The notes under the pieces are model-generated. The model ran no database searches. It saw only the letters and a program-made list of their open reading frames with translations, and was not told the origin of the DNA. DNA of 64,000 nt. Origin: Dehalococcoidia bacterium. Lineage in GTDB: Bacteria; Chloroflexota; Dehalococcoidia; Bin125. Both the position numbers and the translations under genes were made by a program. The stretch's first letter is position 1. Every line of letters begins with the position of its first letter. Positions 18,892 to 28,486 of this stretch are shown here, one piece after another. The stretch covers positions 1,190,099-1,254,098 of the forward strand of contig OZ253456.1 of assembly GCA_965261225.1 (NCBI GenBank), given 5' to 3'.

Positions 18892-20671
18892 CTGGGTCTG
18901 GGCGCTCATGCGACTGGTCGTCGCTGGATGCTGCGCGCTGGTCGTTCGGGACGCGTACGAATCGCTCCTCGATGAGGTGATCCAACACCAGCCTGGCATT
19001 GCCGCGTGCGGACTGTTGGACAGTGTCAAGCGAAATCTCCGGGTGTTGCGGAGCTTCATACGGATCATCGATCCCGGTGAAGTTGGAGATCTCACCGCGG
19101 CGCGCCCTGGCGTACATGCCCTTGGGGTCGCGCTCCTCGCAGACATGGAGCGGCGTGTCGACGAACACCTCGATAAAGCGCTCGGATCCGACCATGGTCC
19201 GTACCTCATTTCGCACAGCGCTGTAGGGGCTCACGGCCGCGCAGATTGCGACTCCGCCATGACGGACGATTTCCGAGGCGACGAATCCAATCCGGCGAAT
19301 GTTGGCGTCGCGGTCGTCTTTGGAGAAGCCCAGACCTTTGGATAGATGCGTTCTGACGACGTCTCCGTCGAGCACCGTCACCCGCCGCCCGTGCTCCATG
19401 AGCAGTCCCGTGAGCAGCTCGGCGGTTGTGGACTTGCCTGAACCGCTGAGACCGGTGAACCAGACGCACACCCCCTGGCGATGCTTCGGCGGATTGTGCT
19501 CAGCCACGATCCTGGCGACCTCGGGTAAGGCCATCCAGCTCGGCAGCGTTCGCCCCTGGCGCGAGTTCTCCTCACCCATCTGCGGCGGATTGGGCATGGC
19601 TCCACCCGCGCGTACGGGACGAACGGCGACCTCAGTGCGCGTCTCGCCGCCGGTGTCGTCCACCGTCCAGCGAACGGTCACAGCTCTCACTCCGCTCTCA
19701 TCGCGGTACCGGTCGACGAGTTCATGGGCGTCGTCTGGGCTGTGGATCGTGGCGCCCAAGGAGTCGTCGGGGGGACTGGCGTAGTCGCGGCCGACGATCA
19801 GATGGTTGGCGCCGTAGTTGCGTCGGATGATCGCGTGCCAGAGCGCCTCTCTCGGTCCGGCAAACCTCGTCGCCAACGGCAGCAGCGATAACAGCACCCG
19901 ATCGCTCTCGTAATAGTGGAGCGACAGCGTCCGGTACGTGCGGATGCGCGCGTAATGGTCCACCTCCCCGGTATTGGTCAACCCCGCTGCCGGATGAAGC
20001 AGCAGCACCCCGTCCAGACTCTCAGCGGCCCGCCGAGTGAGTTCCTCTTCGGCCCGGCGAAACGGATCGCAGGCATGGAAGGCCACGACGTTGCCTCGGC
20101 CGTAGGCGGAGAGCTCGGCCCGGGTCTCGCGCGGTGTTCGCCTCAGTTCGGTGAAGTCATAGTGTCGTGGAAGCTGCAACACCTGGAGCGGGCCGGATAC
20201 GTTCACCTTCCCCCAGCGCTGCATCTCGGACACGAGTGGATGCCGCGCGTCGCGAGTGCCGAGTACTTGATCCGCGAGCTCCAGCGGGTTCCACTCGTAC
20301 GCCTCCTGAATCGTCATGACCGCGAGCAGATCGTTTCGGGCATCGCGCAGGGCCACGTCAGTATCGAGTTTGACGGCAGAAGCGTCTTCGATGGACAGGG
20401 TTACTGGAACAGGAAACAGCATGCCGTCGGCCAGCCGCATATCGGCGACCGATCGACGGTAGTCGTCCTCGCCCATGAACCGGTCAAGAGGCGAGAACGC
20501 CCCCGTCGCAAGAAGCTCGAGATCGCAGGTCGCGCGTTCGGACAGCTGAATGCTGTCCAATCGTCCGGCGCGGTCCTTGAGATCGGCGAATCGCTCCTGC
20601 GGAGCCACGAGGTCGATCAGCTCGCCGCCGTAGGGCGCGATCAGGCCGGTCTGTTCGATCGAGGACGCCAT
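18881..20671 (-). CDS. sat/cysC: Fusion of an ATP-sulfurylase-like domain (N-terminal, catalytic motifs degenerate) and adenylylsulfate (APS) kinase (C-terminal)
   Basis: The 596-aa ORF's N-terminal half aligns with ATP sulfurylase (VVAF..., LSLLPLATRFAGPREALWHAIIRRNYGANHLIVGRDYA), but QTRN is replaced by HACD, HRAH by RRAE and GRDHAG by GRDYAS. The C-terminal half is canonical APS kinase (VWFTGLSGSGKSTTA, DGDVVRTHLSKGLGFSKDDRDANIRR, ISNFTGIDDPYEAP). The last three codons and the stop lie inside the IS5 right inverted repeat. Confidence 0.85.
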   Translation of the reverse strand: MASSIEQTGLIAPYGGELIDLVAPQERFADLKDRAGRLDSIQLSERATCDLELLATGAFSPLDRFMGEDDYRRSVADMRLADGMLFPVPVTLSIEDASAVKLDTDVALRDARNDLLAVMTIQEAYEWNPLELADQVLGTRDARHPLVSEMQRWGKVNVSGPLQVLQLPRHYDFTELRRTPRETRAELSAYGRGNVVAFHACDPFRRAEEELTRRAAESLDGVLLLHPAAGLTNTGEVDHYARIRTYRTLSLHYYESDRVLLSLLPLATRFAGPREALWHAIIRRNYGANHLIVGRDYASPPDDSLGATIHSPDDAHELVDRYRDESGVRAVTVRWTVDDTGGETRTEVAVRPVRAGGAMPNPPQMGEENSRQGRTLPSWMALPEVARIVAEHNPPKHRQGVCVWFTGLSGSGKSTTAELLTGLLMEHGRRVTVLDGDVVRTHLSKGLGFSKDDRDANIRRIGFVASEIVRHGGVAICAAVSPYSAVRNEVRTMVGSERFIEVFVDTPLHVCEERDPKGMYARARRGEISNFTGIDDPYEAPQHPEISLDTVQQSARGNARLVLDHLIEERFVRVPNDQRAASSDDQSHERPDPGTL

Positions 20672-20775
20672 AATTGCCTTCCTCCGAGCTCGCGGCGGGC
20701 GGGTGGACTGGTGACATCTGGGTCTTGAGCGCTGCCTCCGGAGACCTACGGCTCAGTGGCTCGACCCCGGATTTG

Positions 20776-21888
20776 TCAGCCTGAATCTCGCGCCTTCGCC
20801 ACCAGTCTCTCACTGGCTTCCCACAGCTTGCGACCGTTCTCCGGGTCGGCCGCACTGGCTGAGACTGACTTGGGTTGGGTCATGTGCAGGTACATCCCTG
20901 TGGAGGCGCCGGGTTCTTCAGCACAACAGAGGTAGATCACCGGCGCCACCGCCTCTTGCGGAGACTGGAAGATACGCCGGAACAGCGAATTCAGCAGCGG
21001 CCTCAGCAGTGGCGGAGCTTCTCTGCCGATATTCGTGGCTACTCCTCCGGGACAGATGGCATGTACAGCGACCTCTACCTCCTCGCCTGGGTTGAGACGG
21101 CGCGACAACTCGCGAGCGAACGTGCACTGGACCAACTTGCTGAAACCGTACTGCTTCAGGCTTCCCCTGATCCCGTAGTCAACGTATGCGCCCAGACGAT
21201 CGAAATCGATGTCCTCGGCAGATCGGTGTGATTCGGAAGTGATGAAGACGATCCGCGGGATCTCGCGGCCGCGGCCGCCCGGACGAACGACGCCGTCTCG
21301 CAGCCAGCGGTCGAGCATCACCCGATTTGCAAGGAAATGCACCGCGAACATCAGATCGTATCCTTGCCGGCTCCTCCTTGACCTGCTCGCCGCCAGGCCA
21401 GCGTTCAGCACAGCGATATCGATCTGCGTCCCCTGTTGAACCAGGCGGTCGCAGAAGCGATGCACGGATGCCAAATCCGAGAGGTCCACCTCCATCATCT
21501 CGACCGTCGTGGAACCTGAGAGCTGCACGATCTCGGCACGAGTTTCCTCGTGTCCCGGCCGGCACGCCAGGATCACATGGCCGCCGCGCCTGGCCAGCTC
21601 GATCGCCGCCGCCCTGCCCAAACCACTGTTCGCTCCGGTCACCAGGCAGGTCTTGCCCTCAATTCGCACGTCTTGCGGGACGGCGCTCACCGGAGATTGT
21701 TTCGGCTGCCTGAGGTCTCGCACAGCCGTGACAATGGCGTTCACCAGGTTGCTATGACCTGAGCGTCTGTTGTCTCCGGCAGCATCACTCACGGCCGCGT
21801 TCGCTTTCGAGGCTTCACTCGCTCTACTCGAAAGGGATGCCGTACCTGCGACGATAGGAGCAGAAGTCCTTGTCGACCGTTTCCGCAT
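20776..21888 (-). CDS. Short-chain dehydrogenase/reductase (SDR) family oxidoreductase
   Basis: It has the Rossmann motif TCLVTGANSGLGRAAAIELARRGGHVILACR, an NAG-like segment (DIAVLNAG) and an active-site-region YxxxK (YGFSKLVQ). The listed ORF extends to 22029 and overlaps the sulfotransferase gene, so the start is probably internal (MRKRS at 21888 or VNAIV at about 21744). Confidence 0.7.
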   Translation of the reverse strand: MRKRSTRTSAPIVAGTASLSSRASEASKANAAVSDAAGDNRRSGHSNLVNAIVTAVRDLRQPKQSPVSAVPQDVRIEGKTCLVTGANSGLGRAAAIELARRGGHVILACRPGHEETRAEIVQLSGSTTVEMMEVDLSDLASVHRFCDRLVQQGTQIDIAVLNAGLAASRSRRSRQGYDLMFAVHFLANRVMLDRWLRDGVVRPGGRGREIPRIVFITSESHRSAEDIDFDRLGAYVDYGIRGSLKQYGFSKLVQCTFARELSRRLNPGEEVEVAVHAICPGGVATNIGREAPPLLRPLLNSLFRRIFQSPQEAVAPVIYLCCAEEPGASTGMYLHMTQPKSVSASAADPENGRKLWEASERLVAKARDSG

Positions 21889-23089
21889 CCAGCCCGAAAT
21901 CGGACAGACGATACGTATGTCTGCCAAAGCGATTCTGTGGGTGCGCGCTTGCGTATTGCTCAGCGATACGGGCGGCCACATCACCGAATGAGATCTGAGC
22001 GTGCTCGTAAATTCGCCGGAGTTGCGCAATGGGATCCTCGATCAGATCGTAGTAGGACACATCCATACTTTGGTCGGGGTCCAGCATGTCCCGCGTTCGC
22101 ATGTTCAGTTCCACCATGCGTTGTGTCTTTCTGCTCCAATGCCTGCCGATTTCGCCCGGGTCAATGGCATCGCTGAACATGCCGCGCCCATGAGCGACCA
22201 TGCTGCAGAACGAGGGCAACGTTTTGCGTGGATCGCGATGGGTCTGGACGATCAACGCACGGGGGAAATACTTGAGAAACAGATCGAGGTATTCCATGTG
22301 GTGAGGCGTCTTGAGCACCCAGGCGCGGCCGGGATGCCGCCAACACAGGATCTTCAGCACCCTGGAGAAGTGCTCATAAACCTGGGTGTGGTCCTGTTCC
22401 TCCAGCCAGCGAGAATATGCAGGGACGTGCATCATCGCCTCCGGCGCCTGGCTCATGAAACTCAGATCGAGCAACATGACGTCTTCTTCCGGTTCCTGAT
22501 GGTCGACCGGATGCACCATATTGAACTCTGGGGACAGGTAGGCGAGCAGTCGTTGCGCCAGCATCGCTCGTGTTGTTCGGACGGCAGAACCGGGAGTCAT
22601 GTCGCGGTCGGCAGGAATGGGTTCAAGCGCCTCCGCACTCGACACTCCTCGAATGTCCGGATTCGAGTACAGCAGTCGATGCAGAAAAGTTGTGCCGGTA
22701 CGTTGCAATCCAGCGATCAGAATGACCGAGCCGAGATCGACATCATGGATCTCAGGATGCTGCTTGAACAGTTCCTCTATTCGTAGACGCTGAATCAACG
22801 CGCTAGTCAGCCGCGACCGTTGGATCAGCTTGCCGGTCGGAGTCAAGTCGGCCTCGCCATTGATCGACTCGACGAGCACTGCCAATGCCCGAACGTGACT
22901 ATCGTTCCCGAAGTCCGTTAGACCGGATTTGCGAGTCGCCTCGCCGATGAGGGTCTCGACGACCAGATCACTCGACCAACCAAGCTGTCGGGCAGCGCGG
23001 CCCATGGAGTTGAATGCCCTGACGGGGAGAGGGCGGTGGGGTTGAACGTAGTTCGTGGAAGTTTCTACACGGCGGCTGAGCATGGCCAT
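21824..23089 (-). CDS. PAPS-dependent sulfotransferase family protein
   Basis: It has the 5'-phosphosulfate-binding loop LIAGLQRTGTTFLHRLL and the 3'-phosphate-binding motif THRDPRKTLPS, with an overall sulfotransferase fold pattern (KTPHHMEYLDLFLKYFP). The listed ORF extends to 23182, so the likely start is MAMLSRR at 23089. Confidence 0.8.
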   Translation of the reverse strand: MAMLSRRVETSTNYVQPHRPLPVRAFNSMGRAARQLGWSSDLVVETLIGEATRKSGLTDFGNDSHVRALAVLVESINGEADLTPTGKLIQRSRLTSALIQRLRIEELFKQHPEIHDVDLGSVILIAGLQRTGTTFLHRLLYSNPDIRGVSSAEALEPIPADRDMTPGSAVRTTRAMLAQRLLAYLSPEFNMVHPVDHQEPEEDVMLLDLSFMSQAPEAMMHVPAYSRWLEEQDHTQVYEHFSRVLKILCWRHPGRAWVLKTPHHMEYLDLFLKYFPRALIVQTHRDPRKTLPSFCSMVAHGRGMFSDAIDPGEIGRHWSRKTQRMVELNMRTRDMLDPDQSMDVSYYDLIEDPIAQLRRIYEHAQISFGDVAARIAEQYASAHPQNRFGRHTYRLSDFGLDAETVDKDFCSYRRRYGIPFE

Positions 23090-23103
23090 ATCCGGGCACT
23101 CAG

Positions 23104-24300
23104 TCAGTTCTTCAGACTGCTCAGTTTGACCAGCCGGGTGCGGGGTTGGGGATGCTCCTTCGCCTGAACCCAGCGGAAACACATGGTCCCCGACGTGTGG
23201 CCGGCGGTCTCGATCCAGTTGGGCAGGCCGGGATCGGCGTGGGCAACCACTAAACGAACGGCTTCGTCGGCGTCATAGACCGCGAGGTGCTTGTTGGTGT
23301 GAATCCGATGATGACGATAGTCCAGGGATTCCATCCAGTAGTTGTTCAACTGAAAGTTCCAGTACTCGCACTCAGGAGGCAAGACTTCGATCACAAGCGC
23401 TTCGTCCTCAGCAACAGCCCAGTGGCTGTGATAATACCTGATGTTCGGATCACCCCCGGCGCTCAGCGATCGCTCCGGGTCGAACTCCGGCAACTTGTTG
23501 CTGTGCTGTTGAAAGTCGCGCGCCCACTTGGCGAACAACAGCGGCGCACCCACGACCAGCGCTCCCACCTTCTGCAACCCCTCGTCAAGTTGTTTCGCGG
23601 TAAGCGAGGAAGAGCGACGCTCGTCTTCCGGGCAGTTGATCCGCTCGATCTGCAGTTCCGCCGGGATCTCAGTTTGCCGATCGAGAAACGTCTGGCGCAC
23701 GACCAGTGTGCCGGTCTCAGGCGTCATCGGCAGCCAATTCCTGGCTTGCGGGCGGCGACTCAGGATCAGCTCGAAGTTTCCCTGCTCGTCCATCTCGATC
23801 TGGCTGGAATCGATGTGGCCGGTGGGCGGCAACCCTCGTCCCTGGCCATAGTTTCCGCTCTGCGTGCCAAAGCTGAGGAAGGCAATTGTGTTGCGGCGGC
23901 CGCTGATCTGGTACTCGTATGTGCCATCCAGTGCCGCCGTCAGATAGAAGTTATCGGGATTGTCGGCGCCCAACTTGGTGAACTCATTGACCACTCGGTG
24001 CAGGACCGGCGCCTGTGGATCGGCGTGCTCGATGAACGCCATCAAGCCGGCCCGCGCGATCCGGCTGAGATATCGATATCCCTCCGCCTGGGCCACTGCG
24101 TCTCGAGGCGTCCCGGGAAACTGCAAGGCTGCTCCAGCAGCCTTCAACGTGTCACAGAATTCATTCCATGACTCGCCACTCGTCACACGGCGCGCAGCGA
24201 GATCGTCTTCAGTCATCCCGCGCAGCTTCCAGATCAATAACGAGATGCGTCGATATAACGTCAGCAGAGCGATCACAAATTTCCGCATGGCGTGCCTCAA
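23104..24300 (-). CDS. Conserved hypothetical protein (398 aa), family not recognised
   Basis: This is a long non-repetitive ORF of ordinary composition (codon usage not computed). It is co-oriented with, and partly overlaps, the sulfotransferase/SDR genes. I cannot assign a family from sequence alone. Confidence 0.45.
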   Translation of the reverse strand: MRHAMRKFVIALLTLYRRISLLIWKLRGMTEDDLAARRVTSGESWNEFCDTLKAAGAALQFPGTPRDAVAQAEGYRYLSRIARAGLMAFIEHADPQAPVLHRVVNEFTKLGADNPDNFYLTAALDGTYEYQISGRRNTIAFLSFGTQSGNYGQGRGLPPTGHIDSSQIEMDEQGNFELILSRRPQARNWLPMTPETGTLVVRQTFLDRQTEIPAELQIERINCPEDERRSSSLTAKQLDEGLQKVGALVVGAPLLFAKWARDFQQHSNKLPEFDPERSLSAGGDPNIRYYHSHWAVAEDEALVIEVLPPECEYWNFQLNNYWMESLDYRHHRIHTNKHLAVYDADEAVRLVVAHADPGLPNWIETAGHTSGTMCFRWVQAKEHPQPRTRLVKLSSLKN

Positions 24301-24558
24301 CGGGGTCGCGTGACATCTGGTCGTTGGACATCGTAACGCTTGTCACCGGCCGGTTAATCTCGACACGGACGTCGAGCGACCGCTTGCAATGTCATGGAAT
24401 CACGCTCCGCGCTTGCCGATGGCGTATATCCGACAGGCCGACAGACGAGCAGCATGGAGGAACGTCTCTTCCGTCGAATCGCCGCCGCTACGACAAGCTG
24501 GATATGGATCTGCGCGTCCTCGGACGGGCCATGCTTGTTGTCGATGACGATTGACTCA

Positions 24559-24995
24559 GGCCTGTTCACATAGAACGCTCGCGACGGCCAACCCCAAACC
24601 AAGCCCTGCGCCGCAGCTCCGTCCCTGCCGAGCCACGCTACCATCAGAACGCATGAGCGCTTGAAAGACGGAGCCAATGTCAACCCCACACCCAACCACA
24701 ACCCGGTACGCCCCCGACCACCCGCCAACCCCCGCTCACCGCGTGATAACCCAGCGAACCGTTTCGTCCCAATCCGCACAGATCCGAACAAATCCGAACA
24801 GCAACCGACCAGAAATCCCTCAACCAGACTGAAAAAACCTGAAAAAACCTGAAAGAGCTGAAACACGATCTCCAGCAATGCACGGGAGATCGCCCCCGAA
24901 CCACCCCAGAAAAAAAGTCCCACCTGAAACCTGAAACCGCCAATGACCACAACACACGCCTCGACCGAACCCATCCCCGGCTGTGTGAACAGGCC
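24559..24995. repeat. Intergenic segment bounded by the inverted 12-mers GGCCTGTTCACA and TGTGAACAGGCC, with internal A-rich direct repeats (CTGAAAAAAC x2, CTGAAA x4, ATCCGAACA x2)
   Basis: The bounding inverted repeat is at 24559-24570 and 24984-24995. CTGAAAAAACCTGAAAAAACCTGAAAGAGCTGAAACAC lies at 24829-24866 and CCTGAAACCTGAAACC at 24922-24937. The region ends 36 bp upstream of the GMC oxidoreductase ATG, which has a strong GAGGAGG Shine-Dalgarno sequence. Confidence 0.4.
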
Positions 24996-25031
24996 CTAGC
25001 CTGACCAGACCCTGCTGAGGAGGTCACAGCG

Positions 25032-26543
25032 ATGTACGACGACATCATCATCGGTGCGGGTTCGGCTGGGGCGGTGATTGCGGCAAGACTCTCGGAGGAT
25101 CCCGGACGCCAAGTGCTGTTGCTCGAGGCGGGACCCGACTACAGCCGGATTGAAGATCTGCCGCGCGATCTGGTCAGGCCCTGGATCTCGTGGGTGGATC
25201 ACGATTGGGGCTTTAGCGCCAATGCACGCCACGGTCGCGAGCTTCGCATGCATCGCGGCAAGGTCATGGGCGGCACCTCCGCCATCAATGGGGCAGTCGC
25301 GCTGCGCGGCGTTCCCGCCGACTTCGACGCGTGGGTCGAACTGGGCTGTGATCAGTGGTCGTACGAAGACGTGCTGCCCTGGTACCGCAAGCTCGAGTCG
25401 GATCCCGAGGGCGGCGACTTCCACGGCTCGCGCGGCCCGGTCCCGATCGAACGCAGCCCCAAGGACTCGTGGCAGCCGCTGCACCGCGCCTTCTACGACG
25501 CCTGCCGCGAACGAGGATTCGATGATGTCTGGGATCACAACCGCCCCGATGCGACCGGCGTCGGACCGTGGCCACGGAACCGCCGCGAGGGCCTGCGGAT
25601 CTCGACCAACATCGCCTACCTGATGGGCATCCGCGACCGGGAACATCTGACTATCCGTCACGGAGTGCTGGTCGACCGTGTGCAGCTCGAACATGGTCGC
25701 GCCACGGGTGTCGTGCTTGCGGACGGGAACGTGATCGAAGCGAAGCGAGTGTGTGTCAGCGCCGGCGCTGCCGTGACGCCGGCGATCCTGCTTCGCTCGG
25801 GGATCGGCCCAGCCGAGAAACTGACACCGCACGGAATCAAACAGGTGCACGTGCTACCCGGAGTCGGCGAAAATCTGATCGACCACATCGCGATCGGTGT
25901 AGCGGCATCGGCGAAGCCGGACATTGCCCACGACCCCGCCGTGGTCTTCGAGGTTGGCCTGCGCTACACGGTGCCCGGCAGCGACCTGTTCAATGACATG
26001 CAGATCGCGCTGTCGACAAACTGGGATCCGGAGCACATGCGCGGATTCAGCAATGCACCGCGTGGATATCCGGGCATCAGCTTCGCCGCGATGCTGCAAC
26101 GTCCGTACTCGCGTGGCTCGGTCACGCTGCGCTCGTCCGATCCCGAGGAGCAGCCCAACATCGACTTGAACTATGGCCATCCCGAAGATTTGCGTCGGCT
26201 CATGGAAGCTGCGCGACTCTGCTGGGATCTGATGCACAGCGACCAGATGGCGCCTTATGTCGATGAGATCGTTGCGCCTCAACCTGGGCTGATCGAATCG
26301 GACCTGGCCCTGGCCGACTACGTCCTTAGCGCGGCATCGACGGCGTGGCACATCAGCGGGACCGCGCGGATGGGACAGGCTACGGATCCGTTGGCGGTCA
26401 CCGATCAACAGGGACGAGTCCACGGATTGGACGGCCTGCGGGTGGCCGACACGAGCCTGCAACCGGACATCGTGAGCTGCAACACGAATCTGACCAGCAT
26501 CATGTTCGGCGAACGGATCTCCGACTTCATGCGTTCGGCATGA
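25032..26543 (+). CDS. GMC-family FAD-dependent oxidoreductase (choline dehydrogenase-like)
   Basis: It has the N-terminal FAD fingerprint MYDDIIIGAGSAGAVIAARLSED...VLLLEAGPDY, a GMC signature region (GKVMGGTSAINGAVALRG) and a C-terminal catalytic-domain pattern (HISGTARMG). The Shine-Dalgarno GAGGAGG is 7 nt upstream. Confidence 0.85.
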   Translation: MYDDIIIGAGSAGAVIAARLSEDPGRQVLLLEAGPDYSRIEDLPRDLVRPWISWVDHDWGFSANARHGRELRMHRGKVMGGTSAINGAVALRGVPADFDAWVELGCDQWSYEDVLPWYRKLESDPEGGDFHGSRGPVPIERSPKDSWQPLHRAFYDACRERGFDDVWDHNRPDATGVGPWPRNRREGLRISTNIAYLMGIRDREHLTIRHGVLVDRVQLEHGRATGVVLADGNVIEAKRVCVSAGAAVTPAILLRSGIGPAEKLTPHGIKQVHVLPGVGENLIDHIAIGVAASAKPDIAHDPAVVFEVGLRYTVPGSDLFNDMQIALSTNWDPEHMRGFSNAPRGYPGISFAAMLQRPYSRGSVTLRSSDPEEQPNIDLNYGHPEDLRRLMEAARLCWDLMHSDQMAPYVDEIVAPQPGLIESDLALADYVLSAASTAWHISGTARMGQATDPLAVTDQQGRVHGLDGLRVADTSLQPDIVSCNTNLTSIMFGERISDFMRSA

Positions 26544-26573
26544 TTCCGCACTGATCGCGTGCGGCCCAATTGG

Positions 26574-26906
26574 CTACTCCGACCCGCGCACGGCGCACAC
26601 TGGCACCTCAATGTCCAGCAGCGGCGCGTACTGCTGTCCACCGAAGCAGTCGCTGTCTTCAAGGTCGCCCGACGAGACGGGCCTGGGGATCGAGAACTTG
26701 ATCGCCAGCGCGTTATCACAGTTGAAGAAGAGCACGTCCTCCTCGTGTTGCTTGTAGATCTCCGCGACCAGCTTCTTGTTCAGCACCCCGGAATCGCGTA
26801 CCTGTTCGTACACGTCGACGTCATCGAACATGATGTCGAAGGTCAGCACGAAGGGTCCGGCGTTCTTGCTGCGCACCAGCTTGGTGACCTCCCAGAGCTT
26901 TGCCAT
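26574..26906 (-). CDS. Small conserved protein that co-occurs with AtuA-like proteins (DUF4387-like)
   Basis: The 110-aa ORF lies immediately downstream of the AtuA-like gene on the same strand and has non-repetitive composition (MAKLWEVTKLVRSKNAGPFVLTFDIMFDD...). Confidence 0.45.
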   Translation of the reverse strand: MAKLWEVTKLVRSKNAGPFVLTFDIMFDDVDVYEQVRDSGVLNKKLVAEIYKQHEEDVLFFNCDNALAIKFSIPRPVSSGDLEDSDCFGGQQYAPLLDIEVPVCAVRGSE

Positions 26907-26921
26907 GACGCGCCTCTACCT

Positions 26922-28292
26922 CTATACCGTCGCCATCTGAATGGGGAACATCTCGTAGGGATCAGCCGGTTCGACGACGTGGTTCAGGTTGAACCTGTGA
27001 GTCGCGCCCCGATGCAGTACTGCGGGGCTGTACGGGAACGCCAGGGCGCTGATCAAGCCGTGCCATTCAGGCACCGGGAAATGCAGCGCCAGGTGGTGCG
27101 CGGTTTCGGCCAGTTGACCGGCCAGGTCGGACTCGGGTGCGGTTACCTCGATGATCAGACACACCTCGTGGGCAGGCGTCGTCACCGGCTCCAATGCGCC
27201 CATGACTCCGTCTCGACCGTAGACGCGGAAGAAGACCGAGTAGTGCTCGTCGATCTCCAGGCCGTCGAACGCATCCCTGATCCGCAAGGCCAATCGCTCC
27301 TTCATCCGGCCGAGCCAGTCATCGAGTTGGCGGATGATGATTGGGTCTCTGATCGCCCCGATGATTATGCTCTGGTAACCCGCCAGTTCCACTCCCTCGA
27401 GCTTCACCGTGTAGCGTTCCGCCGGAACCCATCGGCTGTTGGAGACCTTGACGGCCCGGTCCGAGACGGCCTCATAGACCGAATCCGTGGTGTCGAGCAT
27501 CCCCGACGACTCGTACAGGTGGAAGGGATCGGCGTTCTCGTACAGCGTGTGAGAGGCGACGCTCTGCGGCGTGCACCAGAGTTCGTCGGCCGGTGGTTCG
27601 ACGATGAAGTGGTCGTTGCGGACAGTGGCAAACATGCAATCGGGCGACTTTCTCAGAGCCACGGACGCAGCTCCGCACTCCAGGATCTTTGCGGCGTGCC
27701 AGACCGGGCCTTCAGCGAATCCCCGCGCCAGGGGCATGGCTGCAAAGAGCGTGGTGTCGCTGGCTCTGCCGCCGACGATCACCTCTGCGCCATCATCCAG
27801 CGCCCTGGCGATCGGCTCGGCGCCCATCATGCCGACGATGTGCAGGCTCTGGTCGATCACTGCTTCGTCCAGATGCGGCGCCGGCTTGAGCGGCGTGATC
27901 TTGCCCGCTCGGAGTTTTGACTTCAGGTACTCCCGGTCCTGCTCCGAGCGGATCACCGCGAGGTTGAACTGCAGTTCCTCTTCCCTGGCGATCTCCTCGA
28001 CGATCTCCACCGTCCACTGGACATTCAGGTCCCCGCCGGCCGACCCGGCTGAGCCGATGATCACCGGAATGCCCGCCGCTCGCCCGGCCTGGAGGATGAG
28101 CCGGATGTCCCGTTTGACCGCGGTCCGGGGAAAGTTGCTCCTCCCGGTCGCGAGGGCGTCCGGCCCGCCGTCGGTGGTGCCCGCGTCGGCCGCGATGAAG
28201 TGCGGCTCCCATCCCATGGCCCGCTTCAACGACGCTTCCAGGAAGCCGGATCCGATCATCCCCGTCGCCGAAAGCGCTCTGATCTCGTCCAT
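26922..28292 (-). CDS. AtuA-like (DUF1446) family protein
   Basis: The N-terminal MIGSGFLEASLKRAMGW...IAADAGTTDGGP and the overall length of about 455 aa match the acyclic-terpene-utilisation AtuA family pattern. The listed ORF extends 48 nt further to 28340. Confidence 0.6.
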   Translation of the reverse strand: MDEIRALSATGMIGSGFLEASLKRAMGWEPHFIAADAGTTDGGPDALATGRSNFPRTAVKRDIRLILQAGRAAGIPVIIGSAGSAGGDLNVQWTVEIVEEIAREEELQFNLAVIRSEQDREYLKSKLRAGKITPLKPAPHLDEAVIDQSLHIVGMMGAEPIARALDDGAEVIVGGRASDTTLFAAMPLARGFAEGPVWHAAKILECGAASVALRKSPDCMFATVRNDHFIVEPPADELWCTPQSVASHTLYENADPFHLYESSGMLDTTDSVYEAVSDRAVKVSNSRWVPAERYTVKLEGVELAGYQSIIIGAIRDPIIIRQLDDWLGRMKERLALRIRDAFDGLEIDEHYSVFFRVYGRDGVMGALEPVTTPAHEVCLIIEVTAPESDLAGQLAETAHHLALHFPVPEWHGLISALAFPYSPAVLHRGATHRFNLNHVVEPADPYEMFPIQMATV

Positions 28293-28486
28293 GAGGAGTC
28301 TCCCAAATCGCAAATGCCCGAAGTCCCACCGCAGCATCACCAGGGCAGGATTTGCGTCGGAGCATACCGAGTTCTCGTACCGCTCTCAAAGGACTCGACT
28401 ATTAGGGACCACGCCACCCTCGACCCAGACTCCGAACCCTCGTGCTTGCACTCGACATCACGCCAACAGATCGGGGAGGGCGCCGA

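Noticed and set aside
24354-24974. 206-aa minus-strand ORF and the 24661-24852 plus ORF in the A-rich repeat region
   Set aside because: Both are low-complexity (PNHNPVRPRPPANPRSPRDNP; FFWGGSG...) and generated by the simple repeats. Neither has a credible start context.
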